Below are positions 51,217-63,580 of a stretch of 64,000 bases of DNA, in pieces. Made by a program: the position numbers and the translations under genes. Every line of letters begins with the position of its first letter. Positions within the stretch are counted from its first letter, which is position 1. Under the pieces are notes generated by a model. The model did not search any database, had not been told where the DNA came from, and was given only the letters and a program-made list of their open reading frames with translations. The stretch spans positions 137,276,167-137,340,166 of the forward strand of contig NC_068982.1 of assembly GCF_001194135.2 (NCBI RefSeq), in the 5' to 3' direction. Source of the DNA: Octopus bimaculoides. Lineage: Eukaryota.

Positions 51217-52490
51217 NNNNNNNNNNNNNNNNNNNNNNNNNNNNNNNNNNNNNNNNNNNNNNNNNNNNNNNNNNNNNNNNNNNNNNNNNNNNNNNNNNNN
51301 NNNNNNNNNNNNNNNNNNNNNNNNNNNNNNNNNNNNNNNNNNNNNNNNNNNNNNNNNNNNNNNNNNNNNNNNNNNNNNNNNNNNNNNNNNNNNNNNNNNN
51401 NNNNNNNNNNNNNNNNNNNNNNNNNNNNNNNNNNNNNNNNNNNNNNNNNNNNNNNNNNNNNNNNNNNNNNNNNNNNNNNNNNNNNNNNNNNNNNNNNNNN
51501 NNNNNNNNNNNNNNNNNNNNNNNNNNNNNNNNNNNNNNNNNNNNNNNNNNNNNNNNNNNNNNNNNNNNNNNNNNNNNNNNNNNNNNNNNNNNNNNNNNNN
51601 NNNNNNNNNNNNNNNNNNNNNNNNNNNNNNNNNNNNNNNNNNNNNNNNNNNNNNNNNNNNNNNNNNNNNNNNNNNNNNNNNNNNNNNNNNNNNNNNNNNT
51701 TTTTTTTTTTTTTTTTTCTATTTCTTCCACTTACATTTTCCTAGTTCCCATGTTCCAATCAATACCTAGCATTCACCAAACTATTTACCATTTGTCGGTA
51801 TAAATGTATTAAATTTCCTGTCTTTTGATATCCTAAATTCTTTAATGATTCAAAAAGAATTTAATCCTTTTGTTTTATAACATCAATAAATTAATAAATT
51901 CATAAACATTGACATATTATTGGTTGATTTCTGTCCTTTTAGTTCAAATTTCATTTATATCTGCTGTAACTCTGTTAGATTGTCATCATTAGATAAACTC
52001 TATGGACATTCTTTAAATTTCTCAAATATTTTCCATTACTTTTGGTGTGGTTGGCAATGAATGTTTGAAATAGTAAAAAACACCTGTTGTTATTACTGTC
52101 TATTGCAAATCCAATTACAAAATATATATTTTTCAATTTGGTTTGGGTCGATTGTTTTGGTAACAGACACTAATTTTCATAGTTATTATTATTCCTAAAT
52201 ATTTAGCATGTAAGTATTCTGTAATGAAATATGTATTCTAACTACATGATTTCGCATTAAAGAGGAATTTTTTTTCTTTTTGAGATTTAACCATGAATTT
52301 GTAGGTGTCTGTATGTGTCTATCTATTTATCTCTATCTTTCTATCGCTATCTATCTATCCCTATCGCTATCTATCTATCCCTATCGCTATCTATCTATCT
52401 ATCTATCTATCTCCACACATACATACACATGCATATACAGAGAGAGTCCCTTCTCCAAGTTAATTATTCTATTGTAATTTTTTTTTCCAG

Positions 52491-52591
52491 GCCCATCATC
52501 TGCGCTGCATAAATGACTTCATTGAAGCTGAGATGAATTATTATGCTCAGTGTCATCAATATATGCTAGACCTACGCAAGCAGTTGGGCGG
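52491..52591 (+). CDS. SH3GLB1: Endophilin-B exon AHHLRCINDFIEAEMNYYAQCHQYMLDLRKQLG(G), end of the BAR domain
   Basis: Acceptor ttttttccag and donor gtaagg; 101 nt, ends in phase 2. Matches AHHLRCLNDFVEAQMTYYAQCYQYMLDLQKQLG. Confidence 0.97.
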
Positions 52592-52925
52592 GTAAGGCAT
52601 TGTTTTAAATTACTTATTTTGTTTTTGTTGGCGTTTTTTGTGTCCTGTTTTTAAAACATAAATTTGACTATTTTGAAATTTTATTATGCAATATATTTGC
52701 ATATTGCATTTTTTTTCTTCAAAATAGCATCTTTAATGGGAGTCTGTTGTACCTTATTTTGGAAGTGATTTGCTAGTATCTCTCATAACATGGATTCCTT
52801 TCCTCTTTTTGTTTTTCCATTTTTCTTTATTTATTCATGATTGTTCTGATGTAATATGTTTTTAATAATAATCACCTATATTAAAGATTCGAGCCAAAAC
52901 GCTGTCTGCAACAACAACAACAACA

Positions 52926-53009
52926 ACGCTTTCATGTGACAAGTATAATTGTCACAGTTTTGATTTATGTACGCATGTGGCTGATGAGACCGTAAAAGGT
53001 TGAAAGTGT
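52926..53009 (+). ncRNA. Candidate type-III hammerhead ribozyme with an intact core
   Basis: CTGATGA (52981-87), stem II GACC-gtaaaa-GGTT, GAAA (53002-05). Stem III acgct/agtgt and stem I tcatgtg/catgtgg can both form. Confidence 0.5.
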
Positions 53010-53454
53010 GAATTTTCTGGCTTTCTTAACTGACTGTTTTTTTTTTCCATGCTTTCAAAAAAGCTTGCTGTATGTTGTTAGCCACTCTTTCTTGACCCCA
53101 GTACTGGTCAAGCAGAGAAATTCTCTCATGATTATTAATACATTACATGAATGCAGTAGCTGAATTCATTTTTAACATTTATCATTAGTAATCTACGCAT
53201 TGGAATTTTAGAAAATTGTATTTGTATATGCAAGAACTGCGGTTATCACTAAAAATATCCGTGAATCAATAAACTTGACAATACTTTCATTGGACACACT
53301 TAAAAATTTGTATTTTCACAAATGATTATTGTAATTGTTGAAATTACAGAATTTGTTTGGCACCCATAAAATAATTTTGAATATTTTAAAATTTCAATGA
53401 GCAGCATTTATTACAGTAGATGCAATTAACTTTAGTTGAGTGCTTGTGAAGGCA

Positions 53455-53720
53455 TGTGGCTCAGTGGTTAGGGTGTTTGGGACATGTTTGTAATGCTTGG
53501 TTTCTGGCAGCATTTGTGTCCTTCATCAAGGCACTTTATTTCACATTGCTCCATTTCACTCAGCTGGTGAAAGGAAGTCGTGTCTGTCACACTATCATGC
53601 TGAATCTCCCAGTGAACTATGTTAAGGGCATGTATGTCTGTGAAGGACTCAACCATTTACACGTTAATTTCATGGACAGGCTGTTCCATTGATCGAACCC
53701 ACTGTAACACTAATCACAAT
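53455..53720 (+). mobile_element. SINE family B, decayed
   Basis: ggcatgtggctcagtggttaggg..ctgaatctcccagtgaactatgttaagggc..cacgttaatttcatggacaggctgttcc. Confidence 0.7.
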
Positions 53721-53994
53721 AACTGATAGAATGCCAGGTCAGTTGACTGCTGATATATATANNNNNNNNNNNNNNNNNNNNNNNNNNNNNNNNNNNNNNN
53801 NNNNNNNNNNNNNNNNNNNNNNNNNNNNNNNNNNNNNNNNNNNNNNNNNNNNNNNNNNNNNNNNNNNNNNNNNNNNNNNNNNNNNNNNNNNNNNNNNNNN
53901 NNNNNNNNNNNNNNNNNNNNNNNNNNNNNNNNNNNNNNNNNNNNNNNNNNNNNNNNNNNNNNNNNNNNNNNTATATATATATATATATTTATTA

Positions 53995-54338
53995 TGTAGG
54001 AGGGGCTCCGAAAGAGGTCTTAGGGAGTAGTGTCCCTGCCTTCTTAAGATAGTTTTCCACCACATTTTTTATAAATCGTGGTAGAGGCCTTGGCCTCGGG
54101 ACCATTCATGTCTAGAAACTGAGGTTGGGGGGGTTTGGTAAGCAAGGGCATGCTCCCTGTAGAAAATCCAGCTCCAAAAAAGCCTCATGATAGCAAAGGA
54201 GAATGGGTACCAGCCAGCCCAAAGGTTGGGATGGGCTGCACCTACCTACCTCAGTTGCTATGACATTGAGATAGATCCAGCCACCCCTGTCAACAGGGAC
54301 AAAACCCGGATTTAAAACATTTGATGATGATGATGATA
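53995..54338 (+). mobile_element. 3' end of a different (GAT)n-tailed retroelement
   Basis: aagcaagggcatgctccctgtagaaaatccagc..ggatttaaaacatttgatgatgatg. Confidence 0.55.
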
Positions 54339-56984
54339 TTACATGATTTTGTTTAGATTTGTTTTTAAATTGTTTATCATATTTCTCATGAGAAATATGC
54401 ATTATACATGGAATTTGCAAGCATAACTGAAATGCAAACACACACATGCACACGCAGTCTTTGCAGCCCTTCTTCTTTAAGATTCAGCAATTCAATGCTA
54501 CATGTATTCCATGTGTGATCATTTCCAGTTTATCAATATGATCAGAAAATATAGGAAATCAGAACACAAAATTCTATGTTAGCCTTGCTTGAACTAAAAG
54601 ATTTTAACATTTAAAAAAAAAAAAACATTTATATGAAACAATGTGTTTAATGTGTTTATAAATGACTGTTTATATATTTGATAATATTCTCATCTTTCTA
54701 TTTGTATATATCCCTGCAACTTAGAAAATGTTCTACTTAACATTAAACTATTTTGATTTTTTTTTTTTTGTTTTCCTTTTAATATTCTAGGCCTTCTTAA
54801 TACATCTGTTCATCTAGCCTGATCTCTTAAGCTGATTTGTCTCTCCCTATTTTTTAAAATCTATTTGTTGTCTATTCAATATGTATCCCCCCACCACCAC
54901 CCCACTTTTTCTATTCGTTTATAATGCACTGCTCATTAATAGATCTCAACAGTATTGATTTCTGTCACCCTGCCCTGAACCCATTTGTAAATGTTTTGTA
55001 TACTGTTGCTATGTTCCACCTGTTATTGACATTGACTTCAATATGCTCCTTTGAATAACTTCCCTTCAAATGTCTCTGATTAGAATTGTTCTGTAATCAA
55101 CTTTTTCATCTCTGATAAACATATTCTTCATTTTTTTTTTTTTTTTTTTTTTTTCATACCATGAGCAACATTTTAAGACTAAAGCTATCGATTCATTTCA
55201 CTACTTTGGAGCATAGTAGTTTAACTAACGCATAAATAAGGTACCCAGAGTCTTGATTCTTGTAACACAAGTTAATACCCCAGAATACTTTAATTTTTGT
55301 CTCTAGAAAAATACAATACAATTAACATTACTTATGTAACCTTAGGATTAATTAAGAAATTATTATTAGTATTATTGTTATTATTAAATGAAATTATCAA
55401 ATTATCAATATTAGCATAATTAAAAGAAATTATCATTATTATATTACAAAGTCATAAAAAATTCTTGGCTTTGTAGCTCCTTCTAATTAATTTAAGGCCA
55501 AGGAATGATTTCCATAAGTCTTTAACATGAATATTTCAATTATATATTTTTTCTTTTTCGCTTTGTTTCCATTGATCTTTACCATTACTTTTTCAGCAGG
55601 CTACTTTCAAATAATTTCTGTAATAATTTCCTAATTTGTGGAAAATGGTTTAAGAATTATTAAAAAAAAAAAAAACTAATTACAAATGATAATGATAACA
55701 ATAATAATAATAATAATTTTTACATGATATATTTATTATGCAGACATGAACATCTTGTATTATTTGACTACTATTATTATTATTGTTGTTGTTGTTGTTT
55801 CATAATTTAGCTCTTTTGTGTCTCTCCTTAAAAAAAATTTTAAAAAAACATGTCATAAAGTTCTCCAAATGTTACTTGATTTGCTACCACTCTACTGAAG
55901 CCCCCCTACCCTTTCCTGTTGCAGTATACCTGCTGATAACTGATTGCAGGACCATCATGTAAGATGTAGCATATTTTTCGGCCTACTATGGTATGCTATG
56001 TATATCCATTTAAAGATTATCTCAGTCTGTTACTCCCTGAGTTTCTTAGCTAAACCCTTTTCATCGCTATCACTAATTATCATTTCTGCTTGTACTTTTT
56101 GCTTCAGGTGGGAATGCACATTTTATTTCTTGTAATTCATGTTTTCTTTTCTCCTTTCTTTCTTTTTTAACAATATGATATTTTATTACTGTTTAAGTTT
56201 TGGTTTTGGGTTTTTTATTTTTCCCTAATTAAAACTCAATTCTCGCCCTTCTTCCCCTCCCTTTTAGCATGCTTCCAATCCAATATAGTATGCAGTAGAT
56301 ATATAAGGATCCTTCTTTTCATCTAGTAATAAGTTGAGGCTAAGCTTATAGAAATAAGTAAAAAATCAGCAACGTTTGATTTTTCCTTCCTCATTATTTT
56401 TTAGTTTTCCTTCCATTTAGCTATTTCTAATTAACATACGGTGAAAAAAAGGACTTCCTGTTGATAGAAATTATATTGTTGGTTCCATAGAAGCTTTAAA
56501 TTTATTTATCTTTCATCAGTTGTTCGTGTTTAGTATCTGATTTTCTTATTTTCTTATTTAGTTAAATTACAGAAGCATTCAGAGTTTTATCTTACGTTAC
56601 TATTTTTTCTTTTATTCTGTCATTATTTCTACCTTGTGACTTTTCAGTAGAAAAGATATTCTCTAGCTTGCTGTTTTAGATGTTGTACCTTAGCTCCATG
56701 TACTAAGTTTCGTATTTGTGTACAATTTAGTTTTATTCAGAGCTAGTTTAGACCGTTGCATTTTTTTTCTTCGTCTGTTTTTTGGGATTTGTCTTCTGTT
56801 CAAAAGAAAATAATGAATTATTATTTTCTCTGTTTATTTTCTTAATATTTATAACATGTAACTAACAAATTGTTTCATGCAAATTCAATTGAATCATGTG
56901 TATGTATATGTAAATATGTATTTATGTGTAGCCGAGTCAAGTACATCGATATCAGCAATATCAAAATTAGATCAATGGAAATTG

Positions 56985-57247
56985 TAGTTGTGAGCCCCGT
57001 GTCGGTAGCACGTAAAAAGCACCATCCGATTGTGGTTGATGCCAGCTCCTCTGGCCTCTTGTGCCGGTGGCACATAAAAAGTACCCACTACACTCTCAGA
57101 GTGATTGGTGTTAGGAAGGGCATCCAGCTATAGAAACACTGCCAGATCAGATTGGGGCCTGGTGCAGCCTCCTGGCTTCCCATACCCCAGTCAAACCGTC
57201 CAACCCATGCCAGCATGGAAAGCAGATGTTAAACGATGATGATGATG
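56985..57247 (+). mobile_element. RTE-tailed element, 2 subunits
   Basis: Seen directly. Confidence 0.85.
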
Positions 57248-57328
57248 TACATGTGTATATATGTATTTAAGCATGCATATGTATTATGTAAATATTTGTG
57301 TGTTTTTGCATATATGTATGAATAACAG

Positions 57329-57710
57329 TGGAGGCGCAATGGCCCAGTGGTTAGGGTAGCGGACTCGCGGTCATAGGATCGCAGTTTTGATTCCCAGACC
57401 AGGCGTTGTGAGTGTTTATTGAGCGAAAACACCTAAAGCTCCACGAGGCTCCGGCAAGGGATGGTGGCGAACCCTGCTGTACTCTTTCACCACAACTTTC
57501 TCTCACTCTTACTTCCTGTTTCTGTTGTGCCTGTAATTCAAAGAGGGTCAGCCTTGTCACACTGTGTCACACTGAATATTCCCGAGAACTACGTTAAGGG
57601 TACACGTGTCTGTGGAGTGCTCAGCCACTTGCACGTTAATTTCACGAGCAGGCTGTTCCATTGATTGGATCAACTGGAACCCTCGACATCGTAAGCGACG
57701 GAGTGCCAAC
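57329..57710 (+). mobile_element. SINE family B, full length
   Basis: Homologous to 31990-32385. Confidence 0.85.
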
Positions 57711-58204
57711 ACACATATGAATAACAATCTAAGAATCCATGACTCAGAAAAAAATTTGCTCATATATTCGTCAATGGAGTGGGGTATATTAATCAAAGTT
57801 TGCAGTATTATAGATCTCTTAAAGCTGGCCTTACCAATCAGTTTCACACTGGGTATTAAAACCAGCCATTAGATAACTGCATAGTTAATACCATGTGCTC
57901 TTCAGAGTTGGTAGAGCTGTCACTGTATTTATATAATATTTATATAGTAATATGTATAATACGTGAAACAGTCAGCAAGTAAGAGTTGATGTTAATGCAA
58001 AGAAACATTATTTATTATTTTTACTTGATAGTGAGTTTCAAAAGTGACCCAAAGGCTGAGAGTTTCATGCGTGACACTTACCATAAATGGAACCCTGAGT
58101 CTGTGAGTCACTTTCAAAACTTTCTGCCAAGTAAAAGTAATAAAAGTATATATGCTCATATGTTTAACCTCTCTCCATTTTTAATTAGTGCTCAGGTGTA
58201 CTAC

Positions 58205-58511
58205 ATGTGTATACATGTTTTTATATATGTATGTATATGTGTAAATGCCTGTGTATGTATATGTTATACATGTACATGTATGCATGTGTATGTATATGGT
58301 ATATGTGTGTATATATGGTATATGTGTGTATATATGGTATATGTGTGTATATATGGTATATGTGTGTATGTGGTATATGTGTGTATGTGGTATATGTGTG
58401 TATGTGGTATATGTGTGTATGTGGTATATGTGTGTATGTGGTATGTGTGTATAGAGATGTATATACATGTAGATGTATATATGTATATATATATATATAT
58501 CTGTATATATG

Positions 58512-58544
<33 letters not shown>

Positions 58545-58634
58545 GTGTATATATGTGTATATATGTGTATATCTGTGTATATCTGTGTATATCTGTGTAT
58601 ATATGTGTATATCTGTGCATATGTGTAGATATCT

Positions 58635-58677
<43 letters not shown>

Positions 58678-59000
58678 TGTGTCTATATAGATGTATATAT
58701 GTGTGTGCGTTTATATGTATGTGTGCATGTATCATCATCATGACCACCTAATGTCTATTTTCCATGCTTGCATGGGTTGGATGGTTGGACAAGAACCAAT
58801 GAGCTACAGTACTCCACCAGTGTCTGAATATATATATGTTTGTGTGTGTGTATGTATGTATGTTTGTATGTATGTATGTATACATATTTGTGTATGTATA
58901 TATGCATGTATTTGTGTGTATACATGTGTATGTATATATGTCCATATATGCATGTATATGTGTGTATGTGTATATATGTATGTATATATGTATATAAAAT
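58205..59000. repeat. Compound TA/TG low-complexity tract with 19-, 17- and 10-bp minisatellite units
   Basis: atatgtgtgtatatatggt about x3, atatgtgtgtatgtggt about x5, then gtgtatatct units. Confidence 0.9.
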
Positions 59001-59079
59001 TTGAAAACTTTCGTCTGATTTGAGAAATTCTCAATATTATTGAACACCAATGTATTCAGACACATTATACACCAGTATA

Positions 59080-59891
59080 CAAGGAGGTACCCAAAAGAAA
59101 CCGGAATTTTGCAATATTATTTTGTTCATTTAGTTTTACACTTTTATCACCTTCAAAGTATTCTCCATTTGAAGCAATGCATTGGGCCAGGTGTGTTTTC
59201 CACTATTCGAGGCACTGCTGGAACTCCTGTGAAATGATGCCTTTTAACACCTCCAGTGTTTCTTTTCTTCACTTCCTCCACATCTACAAATTCCATAGCT
59301 CCAGGTTTCCTCACCTTTGAAATCAAGGTCCAGATCAACTTCTGGCAGTTCTTTCAGTCCGTGACACGCATTCAGTTGTGACTGCTTTTGATCTTCCGTG
59401 AGCAAGTGAGGCAAAAATTTTCCTGCAACTCTTTTCATTCACAACTCCTCACTCAAAATTTGTTGGCTGGAGCTCCAGTACACACCATTAATATCAACAA
59501 CTTTGTCAATTGTTTGGTAACAGTCTTCCAAGATCAGTTCATGATGTTTTCGTTTGGGAAGTCAGTGGTTGCCTTGAACAAGGTTGGACTTCAAGTGACC
59601 ATTTTTAAAGCATGGAAACCACTCATAAACTTGGCAGCATCCTTGTAAGCTGTTTGAAGCATGACAACTGTTTCAGCCACTGTTTTTCCCAGCAGAAAAC
59701 AGAATTTCATGGAAACATGCTATTACTTCGATTCAGCTCTTGCAAAATACAAACAGGAGAGAAACACTGCAAAGCAAAGATGCAGACTGATGCCTAAGGA
59801 TCACATCAAGTGTCTTCTAGCGGCAGAAGCCTGAACTACAATGGGTTTGTCCAACATTAAACATTTCCGGTTACTTTTGGGTACTCCCTCA
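59080..59891 (-). mobile_element. Internally deleted mariner element with both TIRs and TA target duplication
   Basis: TIRs TA|CAAGGAGGTACCCAAAAGAAACCGGAA and TTCCGGTTACTTTTGGGTACTCCCTCA|TA. Minus-strand peptides MKRVAGKFLPHLLTEDQK..GEETW and EFQQCLE*WKTHLAQCIASNGEYFEGDK; most of the catalytic domain is deleted. Confidence 0.9.
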
Positions 59892-60054
59892 TATTTGGAT
59901 TAGTAGTCTCCTCTCAGTTGTTGTACTCACAACTCTAGCCTTCATCAGGTACTTCCTGTATTTCATCATGTTCTCATAATTTGGAACAAAACCCTTTATT
60001 AAACTCCATGCAAGTTGGGATGTTCTTCTTATCATTTTACTACTTGTGTCAGAT

Positions 60055-60282
60055 TTATGCTGTACACTTTCACCACAACTTTCTCTCACTCTTTCTTCCT
60101 GTTTCTGTTGTACCAGTATTTCAAAGGGCCAGCCTTGTCACGCTGAGTATTCCTGAGAACTACATTAAGGGTACACATGTCTGTGGAGTGTTTAGCCACT
60201 TGCATGTTAATTTCACGAGCAGGCTGTTCCGTTGATCGGATCAACTGGAACCCTCATCATCGTAACCAACGGAGTGCCACAT
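60055..60282 (+). mobile_element. SINE family B, 5'-truncated
   Basis: tgtacactttcaccacaactttctctcactc..ggagtgcca. Confidence 0.85.
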
Positions 60283-60826
60283 AATATACATGTAACATGA
60301 TATATGTATATAACATCAAGTTAGATTTTTATTCGGTATATCTCAAAGTTTTAAAATATGGTGCTATCACACTTGGTAATGGTGGTTGTGTTATGCTGTT
60401 CGAAGATTGAGATTAAACATGTTGAAGTGCTGAAGTTTGTCATCAATTTCTTGTGTTGGATTCTTCAAGTGCCAGTCAAAGTGTAGAATGGCAGATGGTT
60501 TTGCTTCTTCTTCTCTCTTCCTCAATGATAGCAGTGTAATTAATTTGACATAAGTAATTGATCTTAAATATTTTTGAATAGGGGTTTATCTCAACAAAGT
60601 AATTATTGACAGTTGAGGTCAAGAAACTCTACTTCAGGTTAAGATTTTTTAAATATATCTCTATATTCCATTCAGTTTATTTCTTCATATTCACTTTTGA
60701 AGATTTTGAAGTTTCTCCCTGTCATGATGTGTTCTTTGAGCGTTAAACCTTTTAAAAGCTTTTAATGTAGAATGACAATCAAAGATGTAATCAAGCTCTC
60801 TAAATTACCGAAACAAAGTCCAAGTA

Positions 60827-61254
60827 CCGTAAATCCTTGAGTATAATCCGTACTTTTTCCCCAAAATTTAAAGGTCAACATTTCTAGTGCATACTATATA
60901 CGAGATTAAAAATGAAAAAATATTTTCTAAGCAAAATTTTCTAAGTGATAAATATGTAAAGGCAATTTACTTAAAATTTTTTTTTCCCTGATGTTATTAC
61001 TGTTATTTCTTTATTTTCTGCAAACAAAGTGCACAAAAAAGCTACACGTTTGCATTATGTTATATATATACAATGATAATAAAGGACGTTACCGTATATA
61101 CGTTTACAAACCAAGGATGTTATATAGACCTCCTTGACTCAAGTTAGAGAAGGGGTGCGTATTATACACAAGGTTTAGGTTTTTCAGAGGTACAGCCCCC
61201 TAAAAATCCCCTGCGTATTATACTCAAGAGCGGACTATACTCAAAGATTTACGG
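60827..61254. mobile_element. Tc2/pogo-like MITE, 428 bp
   Basis: TA|CCGTAAATCCTTGAGTATAATCCG ... CGGACTATACTCAAAGATTTACGG|TA; no coding capacity. Confidence 0.85.
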
Positions 61255-61759
61255 TATTAAGCATTCAACAATCTTTTAACTACAAAATGAAATGGAAAAC
61301 ATCATCATAGTGTAATGAAAATAGTTTTGTGTGTTGTGCCTCAAACGATCGTAAATATGGAAGTACATCAAAGACCTAATCAGAATCTTTACCGTAACAA
61401 AACAATGCTATGAAGATCTGTAACTTTATGCATCAGAATGGAAAAGAAAGAAATATTGATAAAATGTGGAATTTCTACTGTTTTCATAGTTAATAATATT
61501 ACCCATTGAATGATCCATATTTCATAAGTTATATTCAGTTGTATTGATATTATATTGATGAGAATCATTAGTATTCAGTGTAGATAGCCACCTTATGATA
61601 GATGCCTGTGCGTGATGGGTTTACTGTCGAATGGACTTTTGCACACTACCTCTCATATGCAGCCTGTAATGTGTGTTCGCACGCGTGTATTTAGGAATGT
61701 TTCAGCCTCTGACCAGAGTCTGTTAATAATCTTGTTACTAGATCTGCATTTTATATATC

Positions 61760-61995
61760 ATCATCATCGTCATCATTGATTTAGCGTCTCTTTTTCTGTG
61801 CTTGCATGAATCGGATGGAATTTATTGAAGCAAATTCTCTTTGGTTGGATGAATGCCTTTCCTGTCACCAACCTTCACATGTTTCCAAACAATATTTCCC
61901 CATAATTAGACTCATTTTCTCACAGAAGACTGAGCATAAACAACCTCATTTGTATGACAATGATGCTTCTTTGCAACCACCATGTGTTGTCTAGT
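61760..61995 (-). mobile_element. Antisense RTE-like tail of the same type as 22420-22655
   Basis: catcatc..gtgcttgcatgaatcggatgg..aatgcctttcctgtcaccaacc..aatatttccccat. Confidence 0.6.
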
Positions 61996-62289
61996 CAAGG
62001 GTAACCCCCCCCCACACACACACACACACACATATATATGATACACTCTCCTGTCATTAGACGACATATGAAGGTTCAACAATTTCTTACTGAACAACTA
62101 CACAGATGATTTTATAATGATCAAATGTTTGTGTACACATAAGTTCACTCCCTCTATCAAATCGACATTACCTGCACAGGTACAACAGGTGCCACATGTC
62201 AGATGAAATGATCACAGAGCAACATGATATGAAGTACTTTGCTCAAGGAGACAATGCCCTGTCTGGGAATTGAACCCACAATCTCGCAG

Positions 62290-62641
62290 TGGTCGTTGCC
62301 AGTTTTGCTGGACTGGCTCCCTTGCAGGTAGCATGTAAAAAACACCTTTTGAGCATGGTCGTTGTCAGAACTGCCTGACTGGCCCTCATGCCAGTGTCAC
62401 GTAAAAGCACCCACTACACTCTTTGAGTGGTTGGCGTTAGGAAGGGCATCCAGCTGTAGAAACATTGCCAGATCAGATTGGAGCCTGGTGCAGCCTCTAA
62501 GCTCACCAGTCCTCAGTCAAACCGTCCAACTCATGCCAGCATGGAAAGCGGACGTTAAATGATGTGTTTATGCCCCATAACTTAGTCGTTCGGCAAAAGA
62601 GACCGATAGAATAAGTACTCAGCTTACAAAGAATAAGCTCT
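62290..62641 (+). mobile_element. RTE-tailed element (2 subunits) followed by a sense SINE-A tail fragment running into a gap
   Basis: Seen directly. Confidence 0.8.
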
Positions 62642-62794
62642 NNNNNNNNNNNNNNNNNNNNNNNNNNNNNNNNNNNNNNNNNNNNNNNNNNNNNNNNNNN
62701 NNNNNNNNNNNNNNNNNNNNNNNNNNNNNNNNNNNNNNNNNNNNNNNNNNNNNNNNNNNNNNNNNNNNNNNNNNNNNNNNNNNNNNNNNNNNNN

Positions 62795-62836
<42 letters not shown>

Positions 62837-63271
62837 TTACTCATTTGTCATTGTGCTTAGATTTGTTTCTCTTCATTTGTCTTTAATCAGTATTTATATT
62901 CAACTCGTGATTCATATTCCTATTCCTTCATAGCATCTAAAGAAATCATACTATCATCATCATCATTATTATTGTCATTGTCGTCGTCGTCGTTGTCGTC
63001 ATCATCATCATCATTGTCATCGTATGCTTCCTCATTTGATGCTACATAAAACAACTGGTGTGTTTGTGCAATACTGCAGTTAGTTTATTACTAAATATGA
63101 TACAAATTTCTTGAAGATTCTCTTATGATGCCAGGTCGAGAAAGTGTTTGTGTGTGTGCGCATGCGTGTGTAGATGTCTTTTAGATTATTTTCGGTTTTT
63201 CTATGAACCTTTCTCTCTCTCTACCCCAACCTTACTATTACTTGCTTACACATCACTTGCTCTCTCTCCCG

Positions 63272-63330
<59 letters not shown>

Positions 63331-63524
63331 ACACACACTTTTGGCTCCTTCCTTATACTCTCTTTTTCCTCCTTCTCTCCTCTGTATATTGATTCTCTCA
63401 CTTCTGTTTCTCATCCTTGTATATATATATATTATTTTCCTTTCCTATCTTTGATGGCTGTCAGCACCATCTATCAAATAATTTCCTCTCAGTATTTGTT
63501 CTCTCTCTCTCTCTCTGGTTTATA

Positions 63525-63564
<40 letters not shown>

Positions 63565-63580
63565 CATTAATATTTAACAG

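Larger units (their letters stand above)
2123..62795. other. Eight assembly gaps: 2123-2222, 17083-17591, 29901-30223, 46504-47362, 49859-49900, 51217-51700, 53762-53971, 62642-62795
   Basis: N-runs, mostly flanked by microsatellites or tandem arrays. They could hide further small exons. Confidence 0.99.

Noticed and set aside
57986-59065. 234-aa and overlapping ORFs rich in Y/I/C/V/H/T
   Set aside because: Translations of TA/TG repeats.
29707-62844. Long ORFs of 100-370 aa spanning N-runs (29.7-30.4, 46.3-47.6, 51.1-51.8, 53.7-54.1, 62.5-62.8 kb)
   Set aside because: Artefacts of gaps and microsatellites.
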